The notes under the pieces were generated by a model that was not told the origin of the DNA, ran no database searches, and saw only the letters and a list, made by a program, of their open reading frames with translations. The position numbers were made by a program, and so were the translations under genes. From Callorhinchus milii (Eukaryota), in contig NW_024704755.1 in NCBI RefSeq assembly GCF_018977255.1, forward strand, positions 3,410,001 to 3,474,000: a stretch of 64,000 nt of DNA. The letters are read 5' to 3'. Of this stretch, positions 11,201-24,430 are shown one piece after another (the stretch's first letter is position 1; every line of letters starts with the position of its first letter).

Positions 11201-14200
11201 TGACTAAAACCTGAAATTAAAAACAAGCACAAACGGGTTAAACCTGAACGTCTAAAGTTACTTTCTCTTTCACCTGCTGATCAACACGTGGATATGTCCA
11301 GCATTTTCGCAGATGTGATACATCTTATTTTATGCGATTCAATTGGCTCTGAGTAATGTATAACCCTAATGCCAGCAGACTCCTGATTTATTCCCATTGC
11401 CACAGAGTTTCATGCATTTCGCAGTGTAGTAAATCCTAATTTAGCCGTTCCTGTTTTATATTCTGGAGTTTCTCTCCATCACTTTCCAGGAGCAAGGGAA
11501 AATGTTTTGCAGAAACGTCCCAGGAGAAATCAAATAAGCTTTTGCGATGATACCATTATTATTAATAATAATAATCCTTAAATTTCCAACAGCGCCTTTC
11601 ACATCGGGAGGATGTCTCAAAGCGCTTCATACGAATTACTGCAAAGTGGAGTGACTGCGCATGTCATGAGCAAACATGGCAGTCAATTTGCGCACAACAA
11701 TGTCCCATAATTGTACAGTATTCAGCCCCAAATGTCCTTCTCTGTTTCCATGTGGGTTTCCAGTCGAACGTGGTAGGACTGAAGAAGGAAGCAAGGGAAA
11801 TGAATAAGCTGTAAGGTAGAGGCTGACAACAACCAAAGAGAGACAAAGACTTGGGACAGTGTGGGCTGAGATAATTTGGGTGTGAAAAGAGAAATGACAT
11901 GAAAGTGCTACAAAAAAAATCTTAATCTCAAAGGGGAAGTCGCAGAAGAAGACACAAGCGGAGAGAAAACTAACAATGAATCAGGGGAATTTAACAAAAG
12001 CAATATAGGAAATAAATAGAAAATAAGAGACAACGAAGGGGTAGAGAATAAGATTTTTCTCCCCCTTTTTAAAACAAAATGCGGAAGCTCTTGTTCGTTG
12101 TTGCCAATGTCCTATAATAATTTAATTTATTGCAATTATTATAATCCCTAATGCTATTATAATTTGTATATAATGAAATATGATATCTAACGCGCTATGC
12201 ATCTTAATTCATCAATACATTCACTTTTTCCGCAGTGCGCACCGGGTGCACTTAATTGGATCACTTATTAAGGTGGCGCAATGGTTTAATACAATTCATT
12301 ACTTTTTAAATGCGTGGCAACATTCCGTTAGTTTTAATAGCGGCCGATAATAAGTTGGACACATTTGAACTCGCAAGTCTTAATTTAAGTTGGCTAAAGT
12401 GAAAATTACCTATGGCAGAAGTGCAATTGGGAATTTGTGGCTTGTGAAAAATACAGAAAACCCTACACGCCTGAAAATGCTGGAGCGGAGGGCACGAGGG
12501 ATGTGTAAAGAGCCATATGCATATCATGCTCTTTAGCCAAGCACACAAAAAAAATTAACAGCATGTAAATGAAAATGGGCACGATGCTCGGTCAATGGAG
12601 CAGTAATGTCCAAAATAATCTTTTTGTTATGTCTTTATAATGAGATATAGTGACCAGCGTAAGAGGGGAGAAGGTGTGAAAATGGGATATGTGATGTGCT
12701 GATTACCACTCGTGATAATTAACACTTTGTGGCGCTAGGCTTTCAAGTTAAGGCTGAATTTAAGACACTTCTCCAAAACAAAATCCCACGCAATCCTCCA
12801 ATTTTTAAGGCTTACATCTCGGGAACGTGGGAGATTTCACACCTCTGCCGTCCGCCGAGAACTAAACCACAGCACCTAGCCTCGCCTGTCCCAACCGAGA
12901 CCTGAGAAATTGTTCGATACTTCATTCGAAGGAGCTAATAATAAAACGTTATCTCGAGTCACTGCGCTGAGATTTAAATGAGCGGCGTGATGAATGCTTT
13001 CTGCCACCCCTCTACACAAAGCCGTCCGTTCCCAAATTGGCCGAGTCTATTGACGGGTCAAGAAGTGTTCAGCTGAATACACCAACTTATCCATAATTTG
13101 CACATTTACACTGCTCAATGCAGAGTTCCTGTAAATGTATGATTTAGAGCTTGTTGAGCTATTGTAAGACACATAAAAATGACTATAAAGTTGCTTAGTG
13201 TGACTGCTGGATAGATTAATGACCCAGTGCCTGATTAATAGTCCCTGGTCGACAGCTTTCTCAAAACCTCCCTTGCACTATCAATCTACACTCCAGCCTG
13301 GCTCCAGATGTAACATTCACCATATTGGACAGATTCAAACTTGCTGTATGGACTGGTAAACAGGGATGCTGGTTGTCTCTTTCCTCTACCGCCCCCTTTT
13401 CACTTTAGAATTGATGCGTTTTGCTTTAATGGCTGAATTAATGCTTTTAATTTATTCTCCAGTCTCTGCGAGAGAAATAATAAAAATAATCCTTGCGTTT
13501 GATACTGCGCTTTTCACGTCTTCTAGACGTCTCAAAGCGCTTGGCAGAATAGACTGTAAAGTGAATTGACGGTATATTTGTGGGCGAAACGCTACAAATA
13601 TAACGCTACATAATCATGTACCAGTTAACTTTTAATGGTCGAGCTCCAGCTGAGAGCAGGTGCTGCACTTTCCCCCCACAGTAGATCAGTAAAGAGCGGT
13701 GTTTGCTCTGAAATGAAAGCACTATTGAGAGGGCACAATGAATTAAATCAATAATATCCATTTGCCACAGAAACTGAACTTTTACATCACGCGGTTCACG
13801 CAACAACCCAATTTAAGATAATTAATTAGCATAAGATAATTGTTTTTGTCTCTCGACCTTTCCCCCATATTTTTTGTTTTTGCACTTTTCATTCCTTCCC
13901 AACTTTTTCACATCCCTAATTTTCTGTACTATTTGGGGATTCGATTCATGTAGGCTGATTCACAATCCAATTTCCATTACTGTTCTGAGCACGTCGGTCG
14001 CATTTTATTCATCTATAGCTATGGATTTCCAATATGCTTTTTCTTGAGGCTCTTTTCCAGTATTAAGTGTGTGCAGTGTTAGCCAAGCACTAAATTGCTA
14101 GAGAAAACTCAAAGAAAGTAGCCCAAATCAGGCATCAATGAACCGAACCGACAGGTGAGGATTAAATGTAAGGATTATTAGAAAAAAAAGAATAATACTT

Positions 14201-16004
14201 GGATTCCGCACAGTGCCTCTCACGTCGGAAGGACATCTCAAAGCGCTTCACAGGATTTACTGTAAAGTGTAGGAACTCTTTGCTTGTAGATGAATGTAAT
14301 AACACAAAAGTCATAATGCAGCACTCTAAATTTCGCCGCCCAGAATACGCAGTCGATCCACTTTAATATATATTCTGTAAAGCGCTTTGAGACGTCTCAA
14401 TGATGTGATAAGGTGCTACATCAAATGCAAGGTTTATTATTATTTTATTATTATGAAATCGGGAAGCTCGATGTATAAAGAATGCCTTGAAATGTCATAT
14501 AGAGGATCTAATAATAATAATTTTGTTTTGTTTTTGAAGGAATTAATCCCCCTGGAAAAGCAATCCGCCAATCGACTAACAACCAGTAAAGCTACAGGAC
14601 TCATCTGCTGGCGGCAGAGCTCACTGGAAAAACAAAATAAATATGCACAGGATGGTAACTGAGCTCCGTTTACCACCATCCACTTCTAAAGGCAGTTCAT
14701 AGGAAACATTCTTTACACACTTAAAAATCTCCCCCCCCACCAACCTCACATGAAAGCAAGAGCGCTAATTATTAACCTGTAAAGTAATAAATAATAATAA
14801 TCCTTGCATTTGATACAGCGCCTTATAACGTCGTTGAGATGTCTCAAAGCTCTTCACAGAATATACTGTACAGTGAATTGACTGTATATTCTGTGGTCGA
14901 AAATGCCCCCATTGTACATCTTTTAAAGTGTATATGTATATAACAGCAGTTATAATGCATCATAAGCTACAGTAAACTGCACATTAATTACTGCATAGAG
15001 CTTTCGGTTACAATATCATCCCTGATAGAGTGGTACCATTTTAATACTTCTACATCAACAAGTGTTTGCACAGCATCCTTCACCCTGGATAATGCATCGG
15101 AGTAGTTTGCTTGAACTCCGAGCAAGGGAGAAGGGGAGGGAGAGGTGACCATAGTCGTGTTGAAGAGGTTGGTTTTAGGGTGGAATTGAAAGTATCTACC
15201 CATACAATAGGTAGGAATTCCAGGTTGAGAAGCACAAAGCAGCTGCAAGCCACAATCATGTCACAGATGCAACTGAAATCACATCCAGTTCACACCTAGA
15301 GATCAATATTACAACATCTTAATAATATTCAATGCTTCTTAATACACCTTTCCTCTCCTCCCTTGGCAAGTCCCATTAAATCATCACTTGTTTCCCTGCA
15401 ATGGCTTGCACACAGCAAGGCACAAGCCAAGGAAACAATGAAACCGCTGCTATCTAGTCACTTAAGAGTCGGATTGTAGAACTGGAACATAAAATTGAAA
15501 GCCTCGGGGGAAAATAATAGAAATCAAAGGAATAGACTTTGCTCACAGCGGGAGGTTTTATGGGATAATTTGCCCATGTGGGTAATTAATGCCACGTCAC
15601 TCAACACTTCTAATAGAACGCTGAACAAATACCTAGCGACGNAAAAAGAATGCCGATTCCAGGACTTAGATCATCAAATACTCCATGGAGCACTTTGGCT
15701 CCAAAGCTAATGTGACCTTGGGAGCATTGCCCATAGAATACAATCGATCATGGTTATATAATGTAGCTTGTGATGTTACACTGATATCTCAAAGGGTTTT
15801 GTTCAGTTGCCTTTTGAGGATCAGGGGAGAAAGCTTTTCATACGGTTGGTTGTTTCTTACGGGAGATTAAATCATTCAGGCCGGATCCATGACATGGCAA
15901 ATTGTATATGGTTCATTGATGGTGTATTTATTTATGTTGCAGAGATCTTTCGAGTGACTTGGAAGTATTCTGAAGCTGTGATCCAGGACAAAATCTAAAG
16001 CAGT

Positions 16005-16125
16005 CAAAGGAATAAACTACAGGGGTATGGAGAACGGGGGGATTGAAAGGATCGCTCTTTAAAAGAGCCAGCACAGACATGATAGCCCAAATGGCCTTCT
16101 TCTGTGCTGTAAATTTCTACGGCTC
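16005..16125 (+). mobile_element. CR1-type LINE 3' tail
   Basis: aaagagccagcacagacatgatagcccaaatggccttcttctgtgctgtaaatttctacgg, with a near-identical copy at 49180-49242. Confidence 0.7.
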
Positions 16126-17689
16126 TCTCATCGCTAGCCACACGCATGTTACAACTGTTTGCAGCATTTAACATTTGGTTTACCAATTAAATTGGTGTTT
16201 GAATGGTCCGTTGTAGTTCTGTAAAGTTTCTATCGTAGTAACAAAGTTGCTTGTGCAACGCAATGACTCTGTGGCTGGCGCTGTTCATTTTCAGTTTCAT
16301 CCGTCGCATTGTAATCATGCAAAACCTTCTGGGCCCAGGGAGATGGGAATTTTCCCGGGCCTTTAAGCAGCCTGAGGAGGCAAAATGAATATTGATGGTG
16401 AGATCCCTCTTATTTCAATCTTGTCCTGAGGGCAGAAAACAATACATGTCCTGTTCCACCTTTATCTGGCCTAAACAGCTGGATTGTCAACAACTGTATT
16501 CCTAACTCCTTTATAAATAGAAACAGCTTCTCAACCAAAAAACTCGGGGATGAATATAAATCATTGTGATAACTCGGTCTAATTAGAAAAGTGCACGATG
16601 ATAAATTGTACACAATTGGCAGCTTCGCGCTGGTATTATTTGTATTTCTGTTTGCTTTGTTATTTATTCTGGAGAAATATGATTCTTAATTGTTTCTATC
16701 GCGGCAAAGTCACTTGCGGCAATTAAAATCCCTACGTACTTAATCTCGCTCAGTGATAATAGCCTTGAGTGTGTTTAGAAATCACAATTGTAAATTCTCA
16801 GGATAGATCTATTTCAGCTTTTAGAGTTCAAAGCACACGTCACAGCATTTGCTGGATTTTGACCCTCTCCCCCACCCTACCACCTCTTTTATTTAGCATG
16901 ATAAAGGTTAATGTGAAGTTGACACAAACACAGTCGCCGCACCTGATTACATTTTGTTTTTGCAACAGATTTATATGGTAATTAATGTTCTCACATCCGC
17001 GCCGAAATAAATGTATTTGATTCCCATAATTAAAAAAAATCAAAGATTAGAAATTCCATTAAAAAAATGATCAGGAATCCGTGAATTGTAATTAATAGGG
17101 ATGGATGAAACTACCCAAAAGCAGAAATGTATTTTGAGAAATGAATGGTTAGGATTAACTTAAATAAATTAAGCTATCGGAATCTGGATTCCCCAGTTGA
17201 TGTGACTCAATTGTGTTTCATACTCACTTCATGTTTGTGCTGATTTTAATTGACTCATTGCTAAAGAATAAGCATTTTTCAAGCTAACGATTTATGATAC
17301 CACAAAGCTCCACTGCAGGCGAGACTGTGTGAGAAACTTTAATCACTAATCCATAGTTCCAGCAACAGAAATAGGATTGCGCTTTATTCAATGGTTCCAT
17401 TTGTTCTCACTTCACTTCTTTTTATACGTCTGCTGTGCAGGGAAAAGGCAAGCTTCCAACAAATTTTAAATGTACTTTTTTTTTGCACTTCACTCACACT
17501 TCACTTATGTATTACTTGTGCTTATGTTACGCTTCACTTGTGTATCCCTGCAGAGGCAGCTGCTATCATCAGCAAATTGGATTTATGCAGCCCCCTTTCA
17601 CATGGAGTAATGTATCAGAGTGCTTTACAGTTGTTAGACACTGAACCCAAGTTTGGTTCAGATGAAAAATGCCCTTTGGCTCATCTGAC

Positions 17690-17900
17690 CTCATCCCTCC
17701 AGAAAACGCTCCTTATCGTCTTCCCACCACAGTATCAAGCTCTTTTTTAAATGAGTCCAGTGTCCTGGCCTCCACCACCCTTCCTGGCAACCCATGTTCC
17801 TGTTGTCAATTGCCCTCTGGGTGAAGAAAAAACATCTTTGGTGTCTGTACTGAAATCGCCTTTTGAATCGCCTATGTCCACTTGTTCCGCTGTCTTGGTG
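17690..17900 (-). mobile_element. CR1 ORF2 3' remnant
   Basis: Minus strand aggcgatttcagtacagacaccaaagatgttttttcttcacccagaggg is the frameshifted F.TD.RK.FFTQR motif typical of CR1 ORF2 ends. Confidence 0.75.
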
Positions 17901-18221
17901 CATCCGAAAGTATCAGTGGAAATGTGTGAAGGACTCCACTGAAAAACATGCCATTGATATACATCGCTTGCATTAGGTACCACTGGAGATGTGGTGAAGC
18001 AATGTGTTCGGTTATACTTTCTACTACGTAAACCCGTTCCCAACCTTCCTCCTTCTTCCTTCTAGCAATGAAACTCGTCATTGTTACGATGACTGTTGGC
18101 TGGACTAATTCAAATTAAGACTGTGCGATTGTAAAAACAAAGACGTATCTCACGCACCAAGTAAAATGGCAATGAATCTTTGGATCTTTTAGACCATCCA
18201 AACCTGGCTTTCCACACTTAC

Positions 18222-18475
18222 TTAATTGTCTGCTTCTGAAGAATATCTGGATCAGTTGCATTCAGTGTCACCACAATGCTGCCTACTGGTATGTTCTCCG
18301 GCTTGACCACCGGTGTTGGGTTTGGATTGAAAATGGGTGCTTCATTCACGTCGAGGACTGTGACTTGCACCGTGGTTGTGGAGCTGGGTCCAAAGCTGAT
18401 CTCTGGCATGATTGGGTCTTCATTCTCGACTTTAATCAGGAGGGTGTGGAATGCAGATCGTTCATAATCTAAGGG
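18222..18475 (-). CDS. cdh13: Cadherin-13 internal coding exon (equivalent to exon 10), EC3/EC4
   Basis: 254 nt, attttcAG / GTAAGT. Translates [84 protein letters not shown](K), with LDYE, DVNEAP and ATDPD motifs. Phase 0 to 2. Confidence 0.97.
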
Positions 18476-18584
18476 CTGAAATAAAATCACTTTTTTTTTA
18501 CAAAACAAAAGCAGTAATAATTAAAAGAAAACACAGAATCTACAATTATAGGTAGAATGTCATTTCTTTGAAGCATTTCATGAC

Positions 18585-18978
18585 CAACTTGGCTCAGTTG
18601 GTAGGTCTCCAGGTCAGAAGGTTGTGGGTTCAAGCCCCACAATAGGACTTTGAACGCACAGTCTATATTGACACTCGAGTGCAATGCTGGGGGTGTGCTG
18701 CACTGGTCAGAGGTGCCGTCCTTCTGACATGTTACACCAAGGCTGGATGTTAAAGAAACCGTTGACACTACTTGAAGAGAGAAGGAAGTGTCGCCTGGTT
18801 TCCGAGCCAACAATCCCCCAGATAAAATTGGTCCCTCGCTGCATATACGTTTGTGGGACCTTGCTGCGAGCAAATTGACTGTCCCATTCACTGCCAAATC
18901 CACAGTCACGCTTGACAAAAACACTTCGGGACATCTGACATTATAGGCACGGTATTGAATGCTAAGGTTATTATTAGT
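18585..18978 (+). mobile_element. Near full-length Deu-domain SINE, antisense in the 744-bp intron between exons 9 and 10
   Basis: A-box tggctcagttgg, B-box ggttcaagccc, core gaggtgccgtccttctgac, degraded shared tail. Confidence 0.8.
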
Positions 18979-19219
18979 ATCGATTTCAAATGAAACAATA
19001 TTTAAATAATTGTCATTGGAGATGTTCCTTTAAACAATTTATCACCTTTTGATTTCTTCAAGTGAAAATTGTTTGGATATTCTTAAGCACAGAAACAGGT
19101 TTGGATAGTCTTAAGCAGGGTGATGGCTTTCTGCATGTGTCAGACACCCACCCTGTAAATCTGTGACACGAGAGGGATTTACAAGGGCAAACAGACCAAG
19201 AACCAAAAAAGATCCTCAC

Positions 19220-19402
19220 TTTGTCAACTAACAGCATTCCTTCGTTGGTCTTTGGATTGGTCTGAACTTTAAAGTTGTTGTCAGGGTTTCCGTTGATGAT
19301 ATAATAGACGGCCCTCCAAGCTCCCGTCGCTGGGTCATCTTTGTCCTCCACAGTCAGATTGACTATCGTCCCAGTAAATCCCTCTTTCACCGTTGCCTGG
19401 AA
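19220..19402 (-). CDS. cdh13: Cadherin-13 internal coding exon (equivalent to exon 9), EC3
   Basis: 183 nt, tgtatcAG / GTGAGG. Translates [61 protein letters not shown]. Phase 0 to 0. Confidence 0.97.
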
Positions 19403-22400
19403 CTGATACAAGACATCAAGTTAACACTTCACGTTACTCTACCCTGGAAGGAAACGAAGGCCTTGAGCACTGAGTCCTCTGCGGGTTCACAGAATGCAAT
19501 AAGCTTTCTCGTCAACAAACATCTCAAAGTGGGCACTCACTTTAAGATCACCTAAAGAATGTGGTCAACTCGCTTGTGTGGTCAGATCTGTGCAAATTTT
19601 CATTCCATACTTTTTTTTTATATTTCAGTGTGCAATTGGCTGCTGCGTTTTGCCCACAAAATGTCCAGTCACTTTACAATATATTCTATGAAGTGCTTTG
19701 AGATGTCTCAACAACGTGATGAGGTGCTTTGTCAAATGCAGGGATTATTATTATTGTACTGATTAACACAGAAGCACAAACTCACTCATGTGGTCAACCT
19801 GCTGACATGATTAATATTTTGCAATCTCTTTGCTCATTTTGCCTACAAATACACAGGCACTACACTTTACAGTAAAAATCCCATGTAGTGTTTTTAGAGG
19901 CATTTTGATGACATGATAAGACTGTATAAAAATGCACGGATTATCATTACTATTATTCTTATTGGTGAGTTTTCACTGTACATCAGTATTATTCAATCTT
20001 CCGTTGGAATTTGAAAAGATATATATTTGATGTGTTCTCTAGAGATAAACTGAACTTTTGAGATGATGAGAAATGACATTGCAGAAGCATGCAAGGCAGT
20101 TTGTGTCAACGCTTAGCCACACATTATTGGTCAATTGGTACTGGGACAGAACCCCCGGGATTCAATAAACATCTTTTTCTGGCATCAGTCGGTGACAAAT
20201 TGTTGCGTGAAGATCACACTTTCTTCACAAAATGTCAATAAAGAACTGTGCAGGAACATCGATTAAAATTACCTCTTTAGTCTCTAATTACTCTCAATAA
20301 ATGGCAATGTTCGTGCAGTAACATATTGCACCATTGAAGTGCCTTCAAACATCCTTAACTGCAATGTTAATGGATTTCAGCAAAATCTTTTCCTCTCCAG
20401 TTGTCACGAGTATTTTCTGTTTGGCAAATCTTTTCCCCTTTTCCTGCTATTAATAAAATGAGCAGCGTTTAACATCTTTAGTGTGAACATCTTTAAACGG
20501 CATTTATCAAAACGCATCTTACTCTTTAGAATTGACCTGAATAGAGAAGTAAAACTGTCAGTTATTGCACAAATGTGCTGCCAATTGTCACAACTACTCT
20601 TAGTGCAGAATTGCAGATCGAACACTAGATGGTCAATTTGGTGCCTTGACCTGTTTGATGCTATTTTCTGTGTAGGAGTGGGGCGAGTGGGGAGGGGGGA
20701 GTTGTACGTTCTTCTGTTTATTGTTATCTTTCCCTGATTATAGTTGAGTATTCAACGATCATTTTCGGGTGCCACCCGATAAATTGGTATTAAAAAATCA
20801 GATTGTATCATATGTTACACATTGTGGGAAGCTTTGCACAGTGCAATACATGTCCTGCCTTCAGTGAGGAACACGACAAGGACTTCCGATGTGAATGGTG
20901 TGATATAAATTGTATTGTATATATTTTTGCTCAACGTGCAACTGATGAGACTATTGTGAAACGTCTTATGTGTTGCAGATTGTGGACTGTGTAAGAGGTG
21001 ACTTATTACGCTCACTTCAGTCCAATTCCTGTCACAGATATAAGTTATGCGGGCATCTTGTCTTTGTTCCCTCAGCTTATTTGCTGTAAACGGTCAGCTA
21101 ACCAGCAGCCAACTTTCTCATCCGGTTGTCTGAAGCCCTTTTGCAGTAAGAGAGAATAAGCAGTCCCTTTGATCACTGGTTGCTTTCCTATTGTGCAATG
21201 GTTCCTTATTCTGCAAAGTGAAGGAAAATGATGCTTTTCATCTAGAGGGGGCAGTCTGAATCAGGCTGTAAAATATCTTATGTGCTGTGCTTGAAGATTG
21301 AAACATATGGCATGAATCGGATGGGTAATAAACGGTTTACAAATGGCCGGGCATTAGGGAATATTAACTTGCCAGCCAGAGAGAGTGCTGTCATTTACGC
21401 TGTTGGGACATCTGTGTCTTGGAAAGGAATAGGCAAAACGAACAGAATTGGGCTCAGCAGACGTAACCCTCCAGACATTCACTACCAAAGGGGCAATGAA
21501 TAGATCGCTTTCCCAATAAATGAATGACATCCAGCAGTAATATATCGATCACCACAACGGACAACCTCCCCTTAGGCTCAAACACCATAGTTCAGGCTAT
21601 GGAGATAGTACATTGCCGGATTTACAAGACAAACCTATCCCGTAAGCCTCGACCTAATACAATCTTGCTGTTGTTGCAGGTTGAACAACGATACCCAGTT
21701 ACCAGTCGAGGCACTCAGCATTTCTTCCTTGGCAGAGCAATGCAGCTTAACACATCAAGTCTTTGAACTCAGTCTTCCTCCAGATATTGAGCTGACAACA
21801 AGTACTGGCATTTTAATTAAACTGAAGACGAAATGGTATTTGCTTTGCAATTTGTAAGAGTTTGTTGCTTGTATTTTAATGGATACGGCTGGCCCTCAAA
21901 AACAACTTGTAATATGTACTTAACTGATACATTTAACTCAAAAAAGTATCTGATGTTTCATGTAGTTCTGGTGTAGAGCTCCATCTGCATTTGTATTATA
22001 CTTAACAGTACAGTGTTTCCAATTGATTATCGCTATTTTTAAACTCCAAGGGTTTTTCACAGCACCTCCACTGATAGATTTCCCTCTAAGCATTGATGAG
22101 ACACCATCAATGAGAATTCAGGTCTGTACAGAATTGTTGATCATTCAACTTGAGTGATTTGTGTACTCGTGCTTTATAAGGGTGGGCAGTAACGATAGGG
22201 CAATGATCAATGCTAACATACTGGCAGATTTTCCCATATCGGGAAACTGCGGTCCCCTCAAACAAAACGGATAGGACTGCGGAGATTAACCAACGCTTGG
22301 TGTTAAAAGCGCATTTCATTTAGAATCGCCAAATGTTCTTGTAATGGCAAAATAACAAGGCATCAAAGTCATATGACAGCACAAATACATCTACAGCTGA

Positions 22401-22554
22401 ACAGCACTTTGGCTGGCACTGTAGGCAATGGCCTGCATAGTCTTTGCTTGTATTTAATCATTGACATATTACACAGTAGAGTTTTTTTCCACATTGAAAG
22501 GGTTTTGCTTTTGGAAGGTAAGTGGAAGTCACAGAGATGGTAGTGGGATTGGGG

Positions 22555-22750
22555 AAGGGGGGGGGGAGAGGCGAGGTCATGGAGGGATTTGAAAGTGAGG
22601 AAAAGGATCTTCAATTCGATCCATACGAGGGGACGGGGAATCAGTGGAGCGAAGCGAGGATGTGGGGTGATCGGTTCACGGAGCCTGGTGCAGGAGTCCT
22701 GAATAGTCAACAGCTTGTGTCGGGAGGAGTTGGACACACCGGCGAGTGGG
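22555..22750 (-). mobile_element. L2 ORF2 fragment
   Basis: Translates LLTIQDSCTRL...PITP...PLVWIELKILFLTFKSLHDLA, similar to the L2 at ~46140-46330. Confidence 0.75.
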
Positions 22751-23240
22751 AATAGATATCTGAAGGTCATGAATGCACAGTTACTTGAAAAACCTGACCA
22801 CAACTGACAGATGCCTATTTCACTTTCCTATCATTGCCTTTCGCCTCGGAGTCAGCGGTGAGTGAAAATGCTATTCCATCAACTAACAAAATTCTAACGC
22901 CGGTTGCTTTCTGCAAATATAACAGAAGCTGAGAAAGCGGTGCCCAGTCGCTGGTGCAGTCCAAAAACAACACGGGATAGTATCTCCTTCAGTAATTCCC
23001 AACATTTATTCTGGCTTGGCTGAGATGAGGTTTGCAGATAGATTATCGTAGCCAGCGCAGGAAAATACAAAGGCTGTAAGATTTGGACCAGTGGAAACTG
23101 ACTGAAGTGAATATGAAGCAAATGTTTATAGGCTAATCTATCTAATTGGAAAAATAGGTCTATTTATTTGTCTAAAACTAAAACAATAATATTATGCTAC
23201 ATTTCCACTTAAGGACAGTATCAAATTGTTGACTTCAGGA

Positions 23241-23408
23241 AAACAGAGTAGCTCAGCTATTAAACAGAGTAGCTCAGCTATTAAACAGAGTAGCTCAGCT
23301 ATTAAACAGAGTAGCTCAGCTATTAAACAGAGTAGCTCAGCTATTAAACAGAGTAGCTCAGCTATTAAACAGAGTAGCTCAGCTATTAAACAAAGTAGCT
23401 CAGCTATT
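23241..23408. repeat. Minisatellite, 8 x 21 bp (AAACAGAGTAGCTCAGCTATT)
   Basis: Seven identical units plus an eighth with one G>A change; no spacers. Confidence 0.97.
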
Positions 23409-24430
23409 ATTTTAGATCCGTACTTCTGTTCCTCAGTTCATTTTCCGCTTGTTGAAAAATATAACAAGCAAGAATATTAAGCATTAAACCTTAGGCTTGC
23501 CTGTCTGATGCTTGATTTGAACTTAGCCACATGCAGTCAACTACAGAATCGTATAGCCTTCCATAACCTACAACAGCTGAGACACAGAAATCTGTGACGT
23601 TAGCCCTAATATCGTTTCGCCCACAAAATATACAGTCAACTCACTTTACAGTATATTCTGTGAAGCGCTTTGAGATGTCTTGGAGACGTGATAAGGCGCT
23701 AAATCAGATGGATGGATTATTATTAGAAGGATTATTATATCAAAATTCATTTTCTTCTGAAGGTATTTACTTTGCAAGTGTTTATAATGCGCTTTAAAGT
23801 GAGGTTGTCATCTAATCCATTCAACTGTGGTGGATGGCTGCCAAGGGAACATTACTTTTAAGTACATTACTGTTCCAAATACATCTACATTTATGAACAC
23901 AAACTTTCTTCATCTGCCATTGCCTGGTTTCTGTTATCTCTTTATTAGTTACTGAGATTACATGCTGCACTAAGAGATGGCAGATGCCTGTGAGTGGCAA
24001 GTTGAATTCTAATAAGAAATAAATTCTTATAAAATGCATTTTTCCCTTCAAATAAATAGAACAACTTAGTCTGGGCAAATTTCCAACAATTGCAAAAAAA
24101 AAATCCCTAACAAATCCTACCATTAATACATCAATCACACAGAAGTGCTCAATCTTTAGAAAACGCAGTAAAGCTGTAAGTGAAAATTCGGAAATGGAGA
24201 GGAAGAGGAGTCAATATGCGATGTTTCTTAATGGGTTTCTTGATAAGTAATGTTCAAATGTCCAAATTTCCAAAACATTGAAGGTGCCAAAAATGCATTT
24301 TTCCACACCTTCATGCTTTCAAAATTGATTACACGTTTCGCAACAAGAAATCCGTTAAGAAATCCCGTAAATTCGAGTCTAGAGTGAAACAAGCAGGGCT
24401 GGGGGTAGAAATGGCTTGTTGTCCACTTAC

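Noticed and set aside
23241-23408. CRISPR array or Ser-rich repeat protein (ORF 23226-23480, KQSSSAI x8)
   Set aside because: Units are contiguous with no spacers, there are no cas genes, and the context is a vertebrate intron. The ORF stays open only because the 21-bp unit lacks a stop in that frame.
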